A stretch of 64,000 bases of DNA from Phycisphaerae bacterium (GTDB lineage: Bacteria; Planctomycetota; Phycisphaerae; Phycisphaerales; UBA1924): the NCBI GenBank assembly GCA_041485385.1, contig JBGPJM010000001.1, positions 421-64,420 of the forward strand, in the 5' to 3' direction. Below are positions 24,469 to 34,723 of this stretch, piece by piece. Position numbers and translations under genes: made by a program. Under the pieces are notes generated by a model. It ran no database searches. It was not told where the DNA came from and saw only the letters and a list, made by a program, of their open reading frames with translations. Every line of letters begins with the position of its first letter. The stretch's first letter is position 1.

Positions 24469-25797
24469 ATGTGGACGTTCCTCGCTCGGCTCCGGGGCGT
24501 TGCCTATGCGATCTTCGTCGTGGTCGCCGGGCCCCTGGGCGCGCAGCCGCCCGAAGCGGGCGCCCCCCCCACCCCTGCGTCCGCCGCCTCGCCGGCTGTC
24601 GAGGGCGCGACCAGCGACGGGACGCGGCTGTTTCTGGAGGCGTGGCGGATCACGCAGCTCGCGTTCTACGACCCGAAGATGCACGGCGTTGATTGGGACG
24701 CCGTGCGCGATGAGCTGCTGCCCAGGGCCCATGCGGCACGCGACTCGGGCGAGCTTTCGGCGGTCATCAACGAGGCCCTCTCGCGTCTGCACGCGTCGCA
24801 CACGGCGCACTATACCCGCGACCAGCGCGAGTACTACGAGATCCTCGACGTCTTCTGGCCTCACGGCGTGCCCGAGCACGGCGACTCGGCGATCCGCCCC
24901 GGCCCGGTGGAGTATGTCGGCGTCGGCCTGGTCGCGCGGGTCATCGACGGGCGCACGTTCGCGGCGGACGTCTACGACGCCGGTCCGGCGGCGGCGGCGG
25001 GCATCCAGGTCGGCGACGAGCTGGTCGGAATTCTGCTCGACGACGACACGAGGATCCCGTGGTCGGACATCGCGCCGTTCCGCGGGCGCGAGGGGAAACC
25101 CACCCGCATCGTCGTCCGGCGCACACCCGGGCCGGAGAGCCTGGAGACGGTGACGGTTGTCCCTGAGCGCATCCACCCGCGTGAGATGTACCTCAAGTCG
25201 ATGCGGGCGGGAGCACGGATCATCGAGAAGGGTGGACGCGCAATCGCCTACGCGCGCGTCCGCTCGTACGCGAACGTGGCGTACCACGATCAACTCAAGG
25301 AGTTGCTGGCGGGGAAGCTCGCGGATGCCGACGCCCTCGTTCTGGACATCCGCGACGGCTGGGGCGGCGCCAGCCCGTCCTACATGGACATCTTCAACCC
25401 TGCCGCCCCGACGCTTGCGCTCCATTCCCGCGACGGCACGGTGCACCGCAGCACGGGCGCGTGGGGCAAGCCCACCGCGGTGCTCATCGACGGCGGCTCG
25501 CGCAGCGGCAAGGAGATGCTCGCGTACGCCATGAAGAAGCACCACGTCGCCACGCTGGTGGGCGAGCGCACCGCCGGCGCTGTACTCGGCGGGACGGTCC
25601 GCCCGCTCTCGGATGGGAGCATCCTGTTCATCGCCGTTGCGGACGTCGACGTCGACGGCGAGCGCCTGGAGGGGATCGGCGTCGAGCCCGATGTGCGCGT
25701 CGAACGCTTGCTGCCCTATTGCCACGGGCGGGACGAGCAACTTGACGCGGCGGTGGAGGTGCTGCTCCGGCAGCTCGCCGAGCCGAAGCCGCGGTGA
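24469..25797 (+). CDS. S41-family (tail-specific/C-terminal processing) peptidase
   Basis: ATG at M17 of ORF 24421..25797. Signal peptide, PDZ-like segment (AAGIQVGDELVGI), LVLDIRDGWGG and IDGGSRSGKEMLAYAMK...GERTAGAV blocks. Confidence 0.7.
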   Translation: MWTFLARLRGVAYAIFVVVAGPLGAQPPEAGAPPTPASAASPAVEGATSDGTRLFLEAWRITQLAFYDPKMHGVDWDAVRDELLPRAHAARDSGELSAVINEALSRLHASHTAHYTRDQREYYEILDVFWPHGVPEHGDSAIRPGPVEYVGVGLVARVIDGRTFAADVYDAGPAAAAGIQVGDELVGILLDDDTRIPWSDIAPFRGREGKPTRIVVRRTPGPESLETVTVVPERIHPREMYLKSMRAGARIIEKGGRAIAYARVRSYANVAYHDQLKELLAGKLADADALVLDIRDGWGGASPSYMDIFNPAAPTLALHSRDGTVHRSTGAWGKPTAVLIDGGSRSGKEMLAYAMKKHHVATLVGERTAGAVLGGTVRPLSDGSILFIAVADVDVDGERLEGIGVEPDVRVERLLPYCHGRDEQLDAAVEVLLRQLAEPKPR

Positions 25798-25808
25798 GCC
25801 CACGCCCG

Positions 25809-28748
25809 CTACTTCCCGATCTCCTTCCCGACCACCACCGTCGTGCTCGCTTTTCTCTTCCCGCAGGTGAGCGTGACTTTGTACTCGCCCGGCGGGACGA
25901 ACTGCTTCTGCCCGAGCTGCGAATCCGGATCGCTGAGCCGGTCGGTCTCTTCCGCCTGCAGGTCCCACGCCACGCGGTTCAGGCCCGGGCGCTGCGGGCC
26001 TTTGAGTTCGCGCACGGGCGTGCCCTTCGCGTCCTCGACGGTGATCTTCACCTCGTCGCCGGGGTACTCCCGCAGCCAGTACGTGATCCGCGCCCCCGGC
26101 TCGGGGTTGGCGCCGCGGAACTGGCGCTCGTCCCAGAAGCCCTCGTAGGGCCCCACCTGGTGCGGCGTCGCCGGCTTCACGTCGAATAGGTGCACCTCCT
26201 CCTGCACCACCTCGGGCGTGAGCTGCGAAAGGAACGACGCATCATCGAGGATCCAGATGGAGCGCCCGTGCGTCGCGGCCACGAGATCGGCCTCGCGCGG
26301 GTGCTCCACCAGGTCGTCCACCGCCACCGTCGGCAGGCTCTCTCCGTTCATCCGCACCCACCGCTCCCCGCCGTCGATCGTCACGAACATCCCTCGCTCG
26401 GTCCCGGCGAAGAGCACCCGCGGGTTCCACCGGTCCTCCTTCACGACCTGCACGCTCCCCGTGATCGCCGGCAGATCGCCCGTCACGTCCCGCCAGCTCT
26501 TGCCGGCGTCCGACGTCATGATCACGTGCGGGAGCATGTCGTCGCCGCGGTGCCCGTCCACCGCGACGTACGCGATGTTGCGGTCGTGGTGCGACGGCTC
26601 GATCTCGGAGATGTACTTTCCCTGCACCTCCGCCGGCGTGATGTTCGCCCAGGTCTTCCCGTCGTCGGTGGTCACGTGGATCAGACCGTCGTCGGTCCCC
26701 GCCCACAGCATCCCCCTGGCGACCGGCGATTCGGCCAGCGAGACCACCGTCCCATGGGTCTCCGCCTCCGACCCCACCGTCTCGATCTTCTCGATCGCGC
26801 GCGTCGAGAGGTCCGGGCTGATTCTCTCCCACTTGTCTCCGCCCTCGGTCAGCTTGAAGACGTAGTTTCCGCCCAAGTACAGGACCGTTCCGCCGGGCTC
26901 CCCGGCCTTGCAGTGCGGCGAGGCGAAGAACGGCGTGTTCCAGTTGAAGCGGTGGCGCGGCTGGCCCTCCTTGGGCGCCGGCTTGAGGACCTTCATCTGG
27001 CGCGTCGAGAGGTTGTGCCGGATGATGCCGCCTCCCTGCGACTCGGCGTAGATCACATTGGCGTCGAAGGGGTCGAAGGCGAAGTGGTAGCCATCGCCGC
27101 CGCACACAAACTGCCAGTCCTGGTTGCTGATCCCGCCGCCGCGTTCACCGGGCTTGTCCCCGCTCATCTCGCGCCAGGAGGCGCTGGGGCCCATCCAGCT
27201 GCCGTTGTCCTGCAGGCCGCCGCCGATCCGGTAGGGCTCCGACATGTCGGTTGCGATGTTGTAGAACTCGCCCACGGCCATCGAGTTGAGGAAGTCCCAC
27301 GTCGCCGCGCCGTCGTAGCTCACGTACACGCCGCCGTCGGTTCCCATGATGAGGTGCTTGGGGTCGCTGGGATCGATCACGAGCGCGTGCATGTCCCCGT
27401 GCGGGCGCTTGGCCCCGCCGGCGCGCCAGTGCCGCCCGCCGTCGTCGGAGACGTAGAGCGTGAACCCCAGCAGGTACACCCGCTGGTCGTTGGTCGGGTC
27501 CATTTTCACCTTCGAGAAGTAGAACGCGCGCGGCGTGCGGTCGCTCACCCGCGCCCACGTCTCGCCGCGGTCTTCTGATCGGAACACCCCGCCCGCGCGG
27601 CTGCGCTCGTCCCCCAGGTCGATCGGCTCCCCGCCGAGATCGGACTCCACCACCGCGTAGACGATCCGCGGATCCTTGGCGTAGATGTCCAGCCCGATGC
27701 GCCCGGTTTGGGCGGGCAGACCGCCGGCGAGCTTCTTCCACGTCGCGCCGGCATCGTCCGACCGGTAGATCCCGCCCTTCGGCCCGCCGCTGCGGTAGCT
27801 CCACGCCGTCCGCCTCCGCATGTACATCGCGGCGTAGACCGTGCCCGGGCTCGTGGGGTCCACCATCACGTCGCAGCACCCGGTGTCCTTGTCGATCTTC
27901 AGCACCGCCGCCCAGGTCCTGCCGCCGTCGCTGGTCTTGTAGACGCCGCGCTCTTCATTGGCGCCCCATAGATGCCCCAGCGCCGCGGCGTAGCAGACAT
28001 CCGGGTTCCGCGGGTCCACGGCCAGGCGCGGGATGTCGTGCGAGTCGGTCAATCCCACATTCGCGAATGTCCCGCCGCCGTCGGTGGACCGGTACACGCC
28101 GTTCCCCCACGACGAGCTGTTCCGCCCGTTCCCCTCGCCTGTCCCCACCCACACGATCTTGGCTTTCCCCTTGTCCTTCTCGTCCTTCCCTCCCTCGGGC
28201 CCGGCGGCGCCTCCGGCCGCGCCCCTGTCTTTCTCTTCTTCCGCCTTCCAGCCCGGCCATTCGGGCGGTGCATTGCACACCACCACGCTCCCGATGGATG
28301 CTGTCACTTCCTTGTCCATCAGCGGCGAGAACGTCGTCCCGTTGTTGGCGGTCTTGAACAGACCGCTGGTCCCGAACCCCACGTAGAACGTCTTGGCCCC
28401 GCCTTGCCCAGGCGCGATCGCGATCTCCGCCACCCGGCCACCCATGTTCGCGGGACCGATGCTCCGCCACGCCAAGCCCTTGAAGTCCTCGGGCCGCAGC
28501 ACGCGGACGCCACCCGGTGCGCCGGTCGCGGGCGCGCCGGCCGACTTCAAGGACTCGCTGGTCGCGACGGACGCGGCGGGCTTGGCGGGCGCGCCGCTCG
28601 GTTGCGCGGGCGCCGCACCCGTTTTCGCCGCCCCTGGGCTAGGCTGGGTGGCCGCGCCACCACCCGCCGCCGCGCTTCCCGCCCCGCTGCACCCTGCCGC
28701 CATCCCCATCAATGCCATCACCCACACCGCGCGCGTCCGCTCGTTCAT
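25809..28748 (-). CDS. Sortilin/VPS10-type BNR (Asp-box) repeat protein, secreted
   Basis: 979 aa. Lipoprotein-like signal MALMGMAAGCSG. Many Asp-boxes: STDGGGTF, TSDGGRTW, SDDAGATW, SEDRGETW, SDDGGRHW, SYDGAATW, TDDGKTW, SDAGKSW. Confidence 0.8.
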   Translation of the reverse strand: MNERTRAVWVMALMGMAAGCSGAGSAAAGGGAATQPSPGAAKTGAAPAQPSGAPAKPAASVATSESLKSAGAPATGAPGGVRVLRPEDFKGLAWRSIGPANMGGRVAEIAIAPGQGGAKTFYVGFGTSGLFKTANNGTTFSPLMDKEVTASIGSVVVCNAPPEWPGWKAEEEKDRGAAGGAAGPEGGKDEKDKGKAKIVWVGTGEGNGRNSSSWGNGVYRSTDGGGTFANVGLTDSHDIPRLAVDPRNPDVCYAAALGHLWGANEERGVYKTSDGGRTWAAVLKIDKDTGCCDVMVDPTSPGTVYAAMYMRRRTAWSYRSGGPKGGIYRSDDAGATWKKLAGGLPAQTGRIGLDIYAKDPRIVYAVVESDLGGEPIDLGDERSRAGGVFRSEDRGETWARVSDRTPRAFYFSKVKMDPTNDQRVYLLGFTLYVSDDGGRHWRAGGAKRPHGDMHALVIDPSDPKHLIMGTDGGVYVSYDGAATWDFLNSMAVGEFYNIATDMSEPYRIGGGLQDNGSWMGPSASWREMSGDKPGERGGGISNQDWQFVCGGDGYHFAFDPFDANVIYAESQGGGIIRHNLSTRQMKVLKPAPKEGQPRHRFNWNTPFFASPHCKAGEPGGTVLYLGGNYVFKLTEGGDKWERISPDLSTRAIEKIETVGSEAETHGTVVSLAESPVARGMLWAGTDDGLIHVTTDDGKTWANITPAEVQGKYISEIEPSHHDRNIAYVAVDGHRGDDMLPHVIMTSDAGKSWRDVTGDLPAITGSVQVVKEDRWNPRVLFAGTERGMFVTIDGGERWVRMNGESLPTVAVDDLVEHPREADLVAATHGRSIWILDDASFLSQLTPEVVQEEVHLFDVKPATPHQVGPYEGFWDERQFRGANPEPGARITYWLREYPGDEVKITVEDAKGTPVRELKGPQRPGLNRVAWDLQAEETDRLSDPDSQLGQKQFVPPGEYKVTLTCGKRKASTTVVVGKEIGK

Positions 28749-28858
28749 GGTCGTCCTCCGGTCAAGAGGAGACCACGATACCGCGGTTCGCCCATGGCCG
28801 CGTGGCAGTCAGAGCACTGCCACGGCACCCGCGCGGGGTTGCGGGGCTACGCCTTGCC

Positions 28859-30136
28859 CTACTTCTTCGCCTTCTTCTCCAGCGCCTCGTCGAGCGTCTT
28901 CTCCAACTCCTCGCCGCGCAGGGAATTGCCTGCGGCCAGGATCTCGCCCGTGTCGCCGTCCACGAGGAAGGCCGCGGGGATCGAGCTGATGGCGTACTTG
29001 TCGGCGATCGCGGCCTTCCAGAACTTCCCGTCGTAGACCTGCGCCCAGGTCATCTTGTTCTCGCCCGTGACCTGCTTGATCTTCTCCTCGGCCTTCTCTT
29101 TATCCAGGGTCACGCCCAGGATTTCGAAGCCCTTGGGATGGCGCTTCTCGTATGCGGCGGCCAGCCCCGGCACTTCGCCCATGCACGGCCCGCACCAGGT
29201 CGCCCAGAAGTCCAGCATCACGACCTTGCCCTTGTAGTCACCTGGGAACTTCACCGTCTTGCCGTCCATCGTTTTGGCCTCGAACGGCATGATCTTCTTC
29301 CCCACCGAGTGGTCGGGCGGCGTGGGCACCTCGTCCACTTTCTTGGTCGACTTCACGACCTTGAAGCTCAGCCCGTCCTGCGCCATGTCGGCGATCTCGT
29401 ACGTCGTCCCGGCGATGTTGAAGGGCTTGCGCACGTCGAAGCTCTCGCCGCGGCTGTCGAACTTCCCATTCCCGTTCACGTCGAGCATGAGGTTCACGCC
29501 GGACCGCGCGTCCTCCTTCCCCTCCTCGAGCGCCTTGCCGCGGAAGTCTCCCGCGGCGGCATCGTCGGAGAGCATCGCCTTCATCGTCTTCCCACCGAAC
29601 GTAGCCTCGCCGGTGGCGGCGTAGTCGCGGTAGTAGAGGATCACGTCCTTGAGCGCCGCCCGGCCGGGATCGCTCGGATCAAACCGGTACATCCCCAAGC
29701 TCGCGCTGAACGGCGACCCGCTGGACCCAATCTGCACGGCCGCGGACCCGCCGTACTGCGTGTACTCCTTCCCGTCCCGCCCCGGCTGGGGTTTGCCGCT
29801 CCACTCCGCCGGCGCATCGTCGGTCAGATCGCCGTTGCCGTTGCTGTCGACCAGGAGCGTCGCGGGCTTGCCCTCCGGCTCGTCGAGCACCACGTGGAAG
29901 ACCACGCCCTCGGCGGCCGCCAGCGGCAGCACCGCGTAGCGCGGGGCCGCGAGACCGTCGGGGAGCTTCTTCAGCGTCGCCGGCTTCTCCGCGACCAGCG
30001 TCAGCCGCTGCGGCATGTAGAAGCCGATCTCCTTCATCGCCCCCTTCTCCATCGGCTTAAGCTTCACGCTGTCGTCTGCGCCGGCGGAGGAGACGAGCGC
30101 GGCGGCGGTTAAGGCGGCGAGGGCGACGGTATTCAT
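28859..30136 (-). CDS. TlpA-like thiol:disulfide oxidoreductase with N-terminal extracytoplasmic domain
   Basis: 425 aa. Signal peptide, two DxNGNG calcium-loop-like motifs (DSNGNGDLTDD, DVNGNGKFDS), and a C-terminal thioredoxin fold with WATWCGPC. Confidence 0.85.
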   Translation of the reverse strand: MNTVALAALTAAALVSSAGADDSVKLKPMEKGAMKEIGFYMPQRLTLVAEKPATLKKLPDGLAAPRYAVLPLAAAEGVVFHVVLDEPEGKPATLLVDSNGNGDLTDDAPAEWSGKPQPGRDGKEYTQYGGSAAVQIGSSGSPFSASLGMYRFDPSDPGRAALKDVILYYRDYAATGEATFGGKTMKAMLSDDAAAGDFRGKALEEGKEDARSGVNLMLDVNGNGKFDSRGESFDVRKPFNIAGTTYEIADMAQDGLSFKVVKSTKKVDEVPTPPDHSVGKKIMPFEAKTMDGKTVKFPGDYKGKVVMLDFWATWCGPCMGEVPGLAAAYEKRHPKGFEILGVTLDKEKAEEKIKQVTGENKMTWAQVYDGKFWKAAIADKYAISSIPAAFLVDGDTGEILAAGNSLRGEELEKTLDEALEKKAKK

Positions 30137-30337
30137 GGAATCTCCAGTCCAGATCGAGATTGGGCAGGCGGCGAATACGCGCAGGCCGCCCGAGCGGTGC
30201 TCAGCATACCGCCTTTACGTCCGGAACGTCCGGTTGTTGCGAGGCCGATCGCCGCGCTGCGCCAGGATCCGCTTCAACCACGTTGCTCACGCGCCCGGAA
30301 CTGCCGACCCCGTCCAAAAGGAGGCCGCTGTTTCCGA

Positions 30338-30919
30338 TCAGCCCTGCCCCGCCAAGTCACGCAGCGGCCTGATATCCAGCGTGAACCCCGGCAGCGCGGT
30401 CGATGCCAGCGTGTCCCCGCTGACCGGCGCCTCGACCAGCAGCGTCTCCTGGCGACAGTAGCATCGGACGCGCCCGTCGCCCGGATCCACGGCCCAATAC
30501 TCGCCAACTCCGAATCGCTCGTAGTCATCCTTCCTCGTCGTGAGGTCAAAGGCCTTTGTACCCGGCGACAGCACCTCGACGATGAGGTCCGGCGCTTCCG
30601 TCAGCGCGCCCGGGAACCCGGTGACGCGACCCGGTCGGTAACACACCAGATCCGGCGCGTACACGGTGCTGGGGCCAAGTTCCAGATCAACATCGGGGAA
30701 GTACCTGAACCCGGGGCTCGACCTCACGAACAACTCGAGTTGGAACTGCACAAGACTCAACGCCGCTTGATGCCGGGTCGTCGGTCGCGGCGACATGCAG
30801 ACAACTCCATCTATGAGTTCCGTTCGCTCCGCCGTCTCGCCCAGCGCAAGGTACTCGCTGGCCGTCATGCGCAGCCCCGCGTACCCCATGCTCGTAGGCC
30901 GTCTCGGTGCGGCGGACAT
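30338..30919 (-). CDS. Uma2-family (DUF820) endonuclease
   Basis: TASEYLALGE...ELIDG...PDLIVEVLSPGTKAFDLTTRKDDYERFGVGEYWAVDP is the canonical Uma2 pattern. The start may be an internal Met. Confidence 0.88.
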   Translation of the reverse strand: MSAAPRRPTSMGYAGLRMTASEYLALGETAERTELIDGVVCMSPRPTTRHQAALSLVQFQLELFVRSSPGFRYFPDVDLELGPSTVYAPDLVCYRPGRVTGFPGALTEAPDLIVEVLSPGTKAFDLTTRKDDYERFGVGEYWAVDPGDGRVRCYCRQETLLVEAPVSGDTLASTALPGFTLDIRPLRDLAGQG

Positions 30920-30951
30920 GCTCAGATCTTACGCCGCATGCGCTCTCCCCA

Positions 30952-32168
30952 TTATCCCCCCACCTCCCCCAGCCGCCCCTCCAGAAACCGCCGTTCCACG
31001 GTATTGGTCGCCAGCACCAGCGCCCGCCTGTACGCCGCCGCAGCTTCCTCCCGCCTGCCCAGACGCCGCAGGAACTCCGCGCGGGCCGAGTGCAGGTACT
31101 GGTAGTCGCTCAGCCGCCCCGAGCGGTCCAGCTCGTCGAGCACCGCCAGGGCGCGCTCCGGTCCCTCGGCCATCCCCATGGCCGCGGCCCGGTTCAGCTC
31201 CACGATCGGCGTCGGCGCGAGTGCGAGCAGCTCGTTGTAGAGCGCCACGATGCGCGGCCAGTCGGTGGCGCCGGCGGTGAGGGCCGCGCTGTGCTCGGCC
31301 GCGATCGCCGCCTGGAGCTGGTACGGCCCGGGCCTGGCCATCTCCCAGGCGCGCAGCAGGAAGTCGAGCCCGCGCTCGATCTTGTCCAGCAGCAGCATCC
31401 GCCCGTCCGGGCCACTCGCGCCGCGCGGCGCGCATCGTGGAGCAGCATGAGCGAGAGGAGCCCAGCACCTCGGGCTCGCGCGGCATCAACTCGGCCAGCA
31501 CGCCCGCCAGGCGCACCGCCTCGCCGGAGAGGTCGGCACGTGTCAGCGCGTCGCCCGCCGACGCGGTGTGCCCCTCGTTGAAGACCAGGTAGATCACCCG
31601 CAGCACCGAGTCCAGCCGCCCCGGCAGGTCGCCGTCGGTCGGCAGATCGAAGGGGATCGCCGCGCCCTTGATCTTGTTCTTTGCGCGCGTCAGGCGCTGC
31701 GCGATCGTGGCGACCGGCGCCACGAATGCGCGCGCCAGCTCCTCGGTCGTCAGGCCCGCCGAGGCTGCGGAGCGTCAGCGCGACCTGGGCTTCCTGGGCG
31801 AGCGCGGGATGGCAGCACATGAAGATCAGCCTCAGCCGCTCGTCCTCGAGTGCGCTGTCGAGCATGTCGTCCCTGTCCGGGGGCGGCGAGCGCGTGTCCA
31901 CCGGCTCGGCCGGCGTGGTCTCCTGCCGCCGCTGGGCCACACGGCGCCGGCGCAGGCGGTCCATGGCGTTGCGCCTGGCCGCGGCCATGATCCAGGCGCC
32001 GGGGCGCTCGGGTATCCCCGTGGCCCAGTGGTGCAGCGCCTCGACGAAGGCGTCCTGAAGGGCTTCTTCGGCGAGGTCGAGGTCGCCGAAGCGCCGCATC
32101 AGCGTGGCCAGGACCAGCCCCCGCTCCTCCTTGAAGACGCCCTCGACCGATTGCCTCGCCGCCGACAT
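30952..32168 (-). pseudogene. ECF sigma factor with C-terminal DUF6596/TPR-like domain, disrupted by three 1-nt indels
   Basis: The protein is split over ORFs 31194..32168, 30929..31723 and 30952..31398. Reading across gives ...LTLRSLGG|LTTEELARAFVAPVATIAQRLTRAK...EPEVLG|LLSLMLLHDARRAARVAR|DGRMLLLDKIERGLD.... The shifts are at about 31753-31757 (+1), 31461-31463 (-1) and 31405-31411 (-1), all in G/C runs. Confidence 0.8.
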
Positions 32169-32287
32169 CAGCAGAGCGTATCAGCCGGGCCGGGCCCCCC
32201 CCGGTCCCCTTGCCGGAGAAACCGTCCACAGAGACAAGGAGTCTGCTTGCGCTTCCGCCGAGCTCTGTGGACGGTCTCAGGACGACC

Positions 32288-32883
32288 TCATTTCTTCCGG
32301 GCCAAGGCGAATGCCGCGGTGTAGGTCACCTTCCCGTTCTCGATCATCCGCCACTCGACTTGATGTGGTCGTCATCGGCGATCTGCACCACCGCCTCGTG
32401 CATGTGCGCGTCGTCCTCGCTCTTGACGTTCGTCGCGCCGTAGCACTTAAAGACCAGCCTGCCGGCGGTGCTCTCGTCCTGGGCCCGCATGCGCGGCTGG
32501 TTCCCCTTCACGCAGTAGTGGGTCAGCTCAAGCCTCTCCCCGTTCATGTGGTAGACCGTCAGCATCTCGTGATCGGTGCCCGGCATCACGGTTTCCACCA
32601 CGGCCGACCCCGCCGCGGTGACCCGCATCGACGAGATCACCGTGCTGGTCGGCTTCCCGTCGTCGCCCACCTGCACCCACTCCCCCGCCAGCTTCTTGAT
32701 CGTCTCCAGCGTCGGCCGGTCGGGCGCCGCGGGGGCAGCCGGGCGGCCGATCTCCGCCCCGCCGCAGCACCCGGCCGCGGCCGGTGCATTATTTCCCAGC
32801 CCGGCCGCGGGCCCGACCGCCGCCAGCACGCACGATAGACCAAGGCCCGCCGCCAGCACCGTGTACACGCCGCTCCGCTTCAT
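32288..32883 (-). pseudogene. Secreted hypothetical protein with a 1-nt frameshift near its 3' end
   Basis: Start at M43 of ORF 32344..33009 (MKRSGVYTVLAAGLGLSCVLAAVG). The listed frame ends ...DDDHIKSSGG*. Shifting by one base near 32352-32357 continues as ...WRMIENGKVTYTAAFALARKK* to the stop at 32288-32290. The span is 596 nt, which is not a multiple of 3. Confidence 0.65.
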
Positions 32884-33040
32884 GACTGTTCCTTTCACTT
32901 TCGATTCCGGGTTGATGGACCATGCCGGCGCCGCGCACGGCGACACCGGCCCCCGTCCCTGTCTTCCAATTCGTTTCGAGGTGGGACGCGTCTCAGGGCG
33001 CGCAGGCAATCCCAGGCCACCGCACGGCCTCAGCCGCGGC

Positions 33041-33385
33041 TCACACCCACACCGGGCGCACCTCGATCGATCCGTGGGCCGACGACGGCAGCTTGGCCGC
33101 CCACCTCAGCGCCTCGTCCAGGTTCGGCACGTCGATCAGGTAGTACCCACCGAGCTGCTCCTTGGTCTCCGCGAAGGGGCCGTCGGTGAGCAGCGTCTTC
33201 CCCGCCCGCACCCGCACGGTCGTCGCGGCGATCGTCGGCTGCAGCCTGTTCGCCCCAACCAGAGCCCCCGACCCCTTTAACTCCGTCGTGAACCGCTGGT
33301 ACGCCCCCATCAACTCACCGATCTCGCTCTCCTTCATCTTCGGGTACTGGCTCTGATCGGCATAGATCAACAACATGTAGTGCAT
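33041..33385 (-). CDS. YCII-related domain protein
   Basis: 114 aa from M54 of ORF 33041..33544. MHYMLLIYADQ...LTDGPFAETKEQLGGYYLIDVPNLDEALRWAAKLP is the canonical YCII/DGPF pattern. It has the usual genomic partnership with a DUF6596-type ECF sigma factor. Confidence 0.9.
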   Translation of the reverse strand: MHYMLLIYADQSQYPKMKESEIGELMGAYQRFTTELKGSGALVGANRLQPTIAATTVRVRAGKTLLTDGPFAETKEQLGGYYLIDVPNLDEALRWAAKLPSSAHGSIEVRPVWV

Positions 33386-33657
33386 CGGCGGTCTCCTTTG
33401 GGTGAGAGGGGGTTCCAACGGGGCCCGCCTCATACCGACGCAGTGCCGTCCCCGAAAACCACAGCCTATGAAAACAAGAAATCGCGTCGGGGTACGCTCC
33501 ACGCCACCGCGCCGTGCCCCCCCACTCCCCCCCCCCCCAATCAACCGTCCTCTCGGTCACGCCGAGGCGCATCAATGTTCTACACTCTCCGGATCACCCT
33601 GTTCGTGGCACGGTGTCCCCAGGTCGCACAGGTACTCCTCTCGTGAAAGGCTCTCCC

Positions 33658-34110
33658 ATGACCCGGATGATTCTCCTCGGCATCGCCGTCGTCTCCTTGG
33701 CTCTCCTCCCCGCCTGCGAGAAGAAAAAGGCCCCGACGACCCCCTCCAGCGCGCTCGACGCAGCGAAGAAGGCCGCCGGTGGCACCCCCGGCGCGACCTC
33801 CGACGCCACCGCCGCCATCAAGACCGCCAAGGACAACGCTGTCACCGCCGCCGGGGACGCCCTCGCCGCCGCGCAGTCCAAGCTCGATACCCTCAGGCAG
33901 AAAGCCTCCGCTGTCGCTCCGGACGCGAAGGCGGCCTTCGACCAGGCGGTGAAGGACCTCGAGACTCAGTTCGCCGCCGCCAAGGCCAAGCTCCAGGATC
34001 TCAAGAGCGCCGGCAACGACGCCTGGCAGAAGATCTCCACCGACGTGAGCGGCGCCGTGACCAAGCTCAACGACGCGCTCAAGTCGGCGATGGACAAATA
34101 CGCCAGGTGA
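33658..34110 (+). CDS. Alanine/lysine-rich helical lipoprotein
   Basis: M49 of ORF 33514..34110. MTRMILLGIAVVSLALLPAC carries a lipobox-like LPAC. The remainder is a helical A/K/D-rich repeat-like sequence. Confidence 0.7.
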   Translation: MTRMILLGIAVVSLALLPACEKKKAPTTPSSALDAAKKAAGGTPGATSDATAAIKTAKDNAVTAAGDALAAAQSKLDTLRQKASAVAPDAKAAFDQAVKDLETQFAAAKAKLQDLKSAGNDAWQKISTDVSGAVTKLNDALKSAMDKYAR

Positions 34111-34123
34111 TCCCCCACACGGT

Positions 34124-34723
34124 TCACGAGCCCCCCTGGAACAGGCTCCCCCTTTCCAGTTCCAGGAGCAGCCTCTTTCTTTCGAGCCCTCCGCCGTACC
34201 CCCCAAGGCCGCCGCCGCGCTCGATGACCCGGTGGCACGGCACGACGATTGCCACCGGGTTCCGTCCGTTCGCGAGGCCGACCGCGCGCTGCCCGTTCTT
34301 CATTCCCAGCCTCGCCGCGAGATCGCTGTAGCTCACGGTCTCGCCATAGCGGATGCGCCGCAGCTGGGCCCACACAGCGGCCTGAAACTCAGTCCCCCGG
34401 AGCGCCAGCGGCACACTGAACTCCCGGACGCGCCCCGCGAAGTAGCCCGCCAGCTCCTCTTCCAAGAGCGCGAGGCACTCGTCGCGCCTGTGCTCGACCT
34501 CCGGCGCGCCGTGGGTCGTTTTTCCTATTCGCTCGCCCGCGCGCCGCTCGTCGGTATCGAACTCCAGGAAACAGATCCCCCGCTGCGCGAGCGCGCCCAT
34601 CGGCGTCGACGCGGCAACCATCGGTCCCAGCGGCGTTTGGATCGTGCACACATGCGCCACGCCGCAGGCGGCGTCCGGCGTCGCCGGGTTATGCACCGGT
34701 TTCTCCACCGCTCCTCCACGCAA
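34124..34723 (-). CDS. ogt: Methylated-DNA--protein-cysteine methyltransferase
   Basis: C-terminal ...GETVSYSDLAARLG...RAVGLANGRNPVAIVVPCHRVI..GGGLGGYGGGLERKRLLLELE with the PCHRV active site. The true start may be an internal Met. Confidence 0.85.
   Translation of the reverse strand: MRGGAVEKPVHNPATPDAACGVAHVCTIQTPLGPMVAASTPMGALAQRGICFLEFDTDERRAGERIGKTTHGAPEVEHRRDECLALLEEELAGYFAGRVREFSVPLALRGTEFQAAVWAQLRRIRYGETVSYSDLAARLGMKNGQRAVGLANGRNPVAIVVPCHRVIERGGGLGGYGGGLERKRLLLELERGSLFQGGS

Noticed and set aside
22297-25968. 1223-aa ORF, and similarly inflated ORFs 48887..52237, 22933..24399, 55037..56401, 8856..10349 and 56164..57522
   Set aside because: Only the C-terminal parts show domain signatures and signal peptides. 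The upstream parts overlap well-supported genes on the other strand or in another frame.
33606-33620. TGGCAC-N5-CCCC upstream of the lipoprotein gene as a sigma-54 promoter
   Set aside because: It lacks the obligatory GC dinucleotide at the -12 position.
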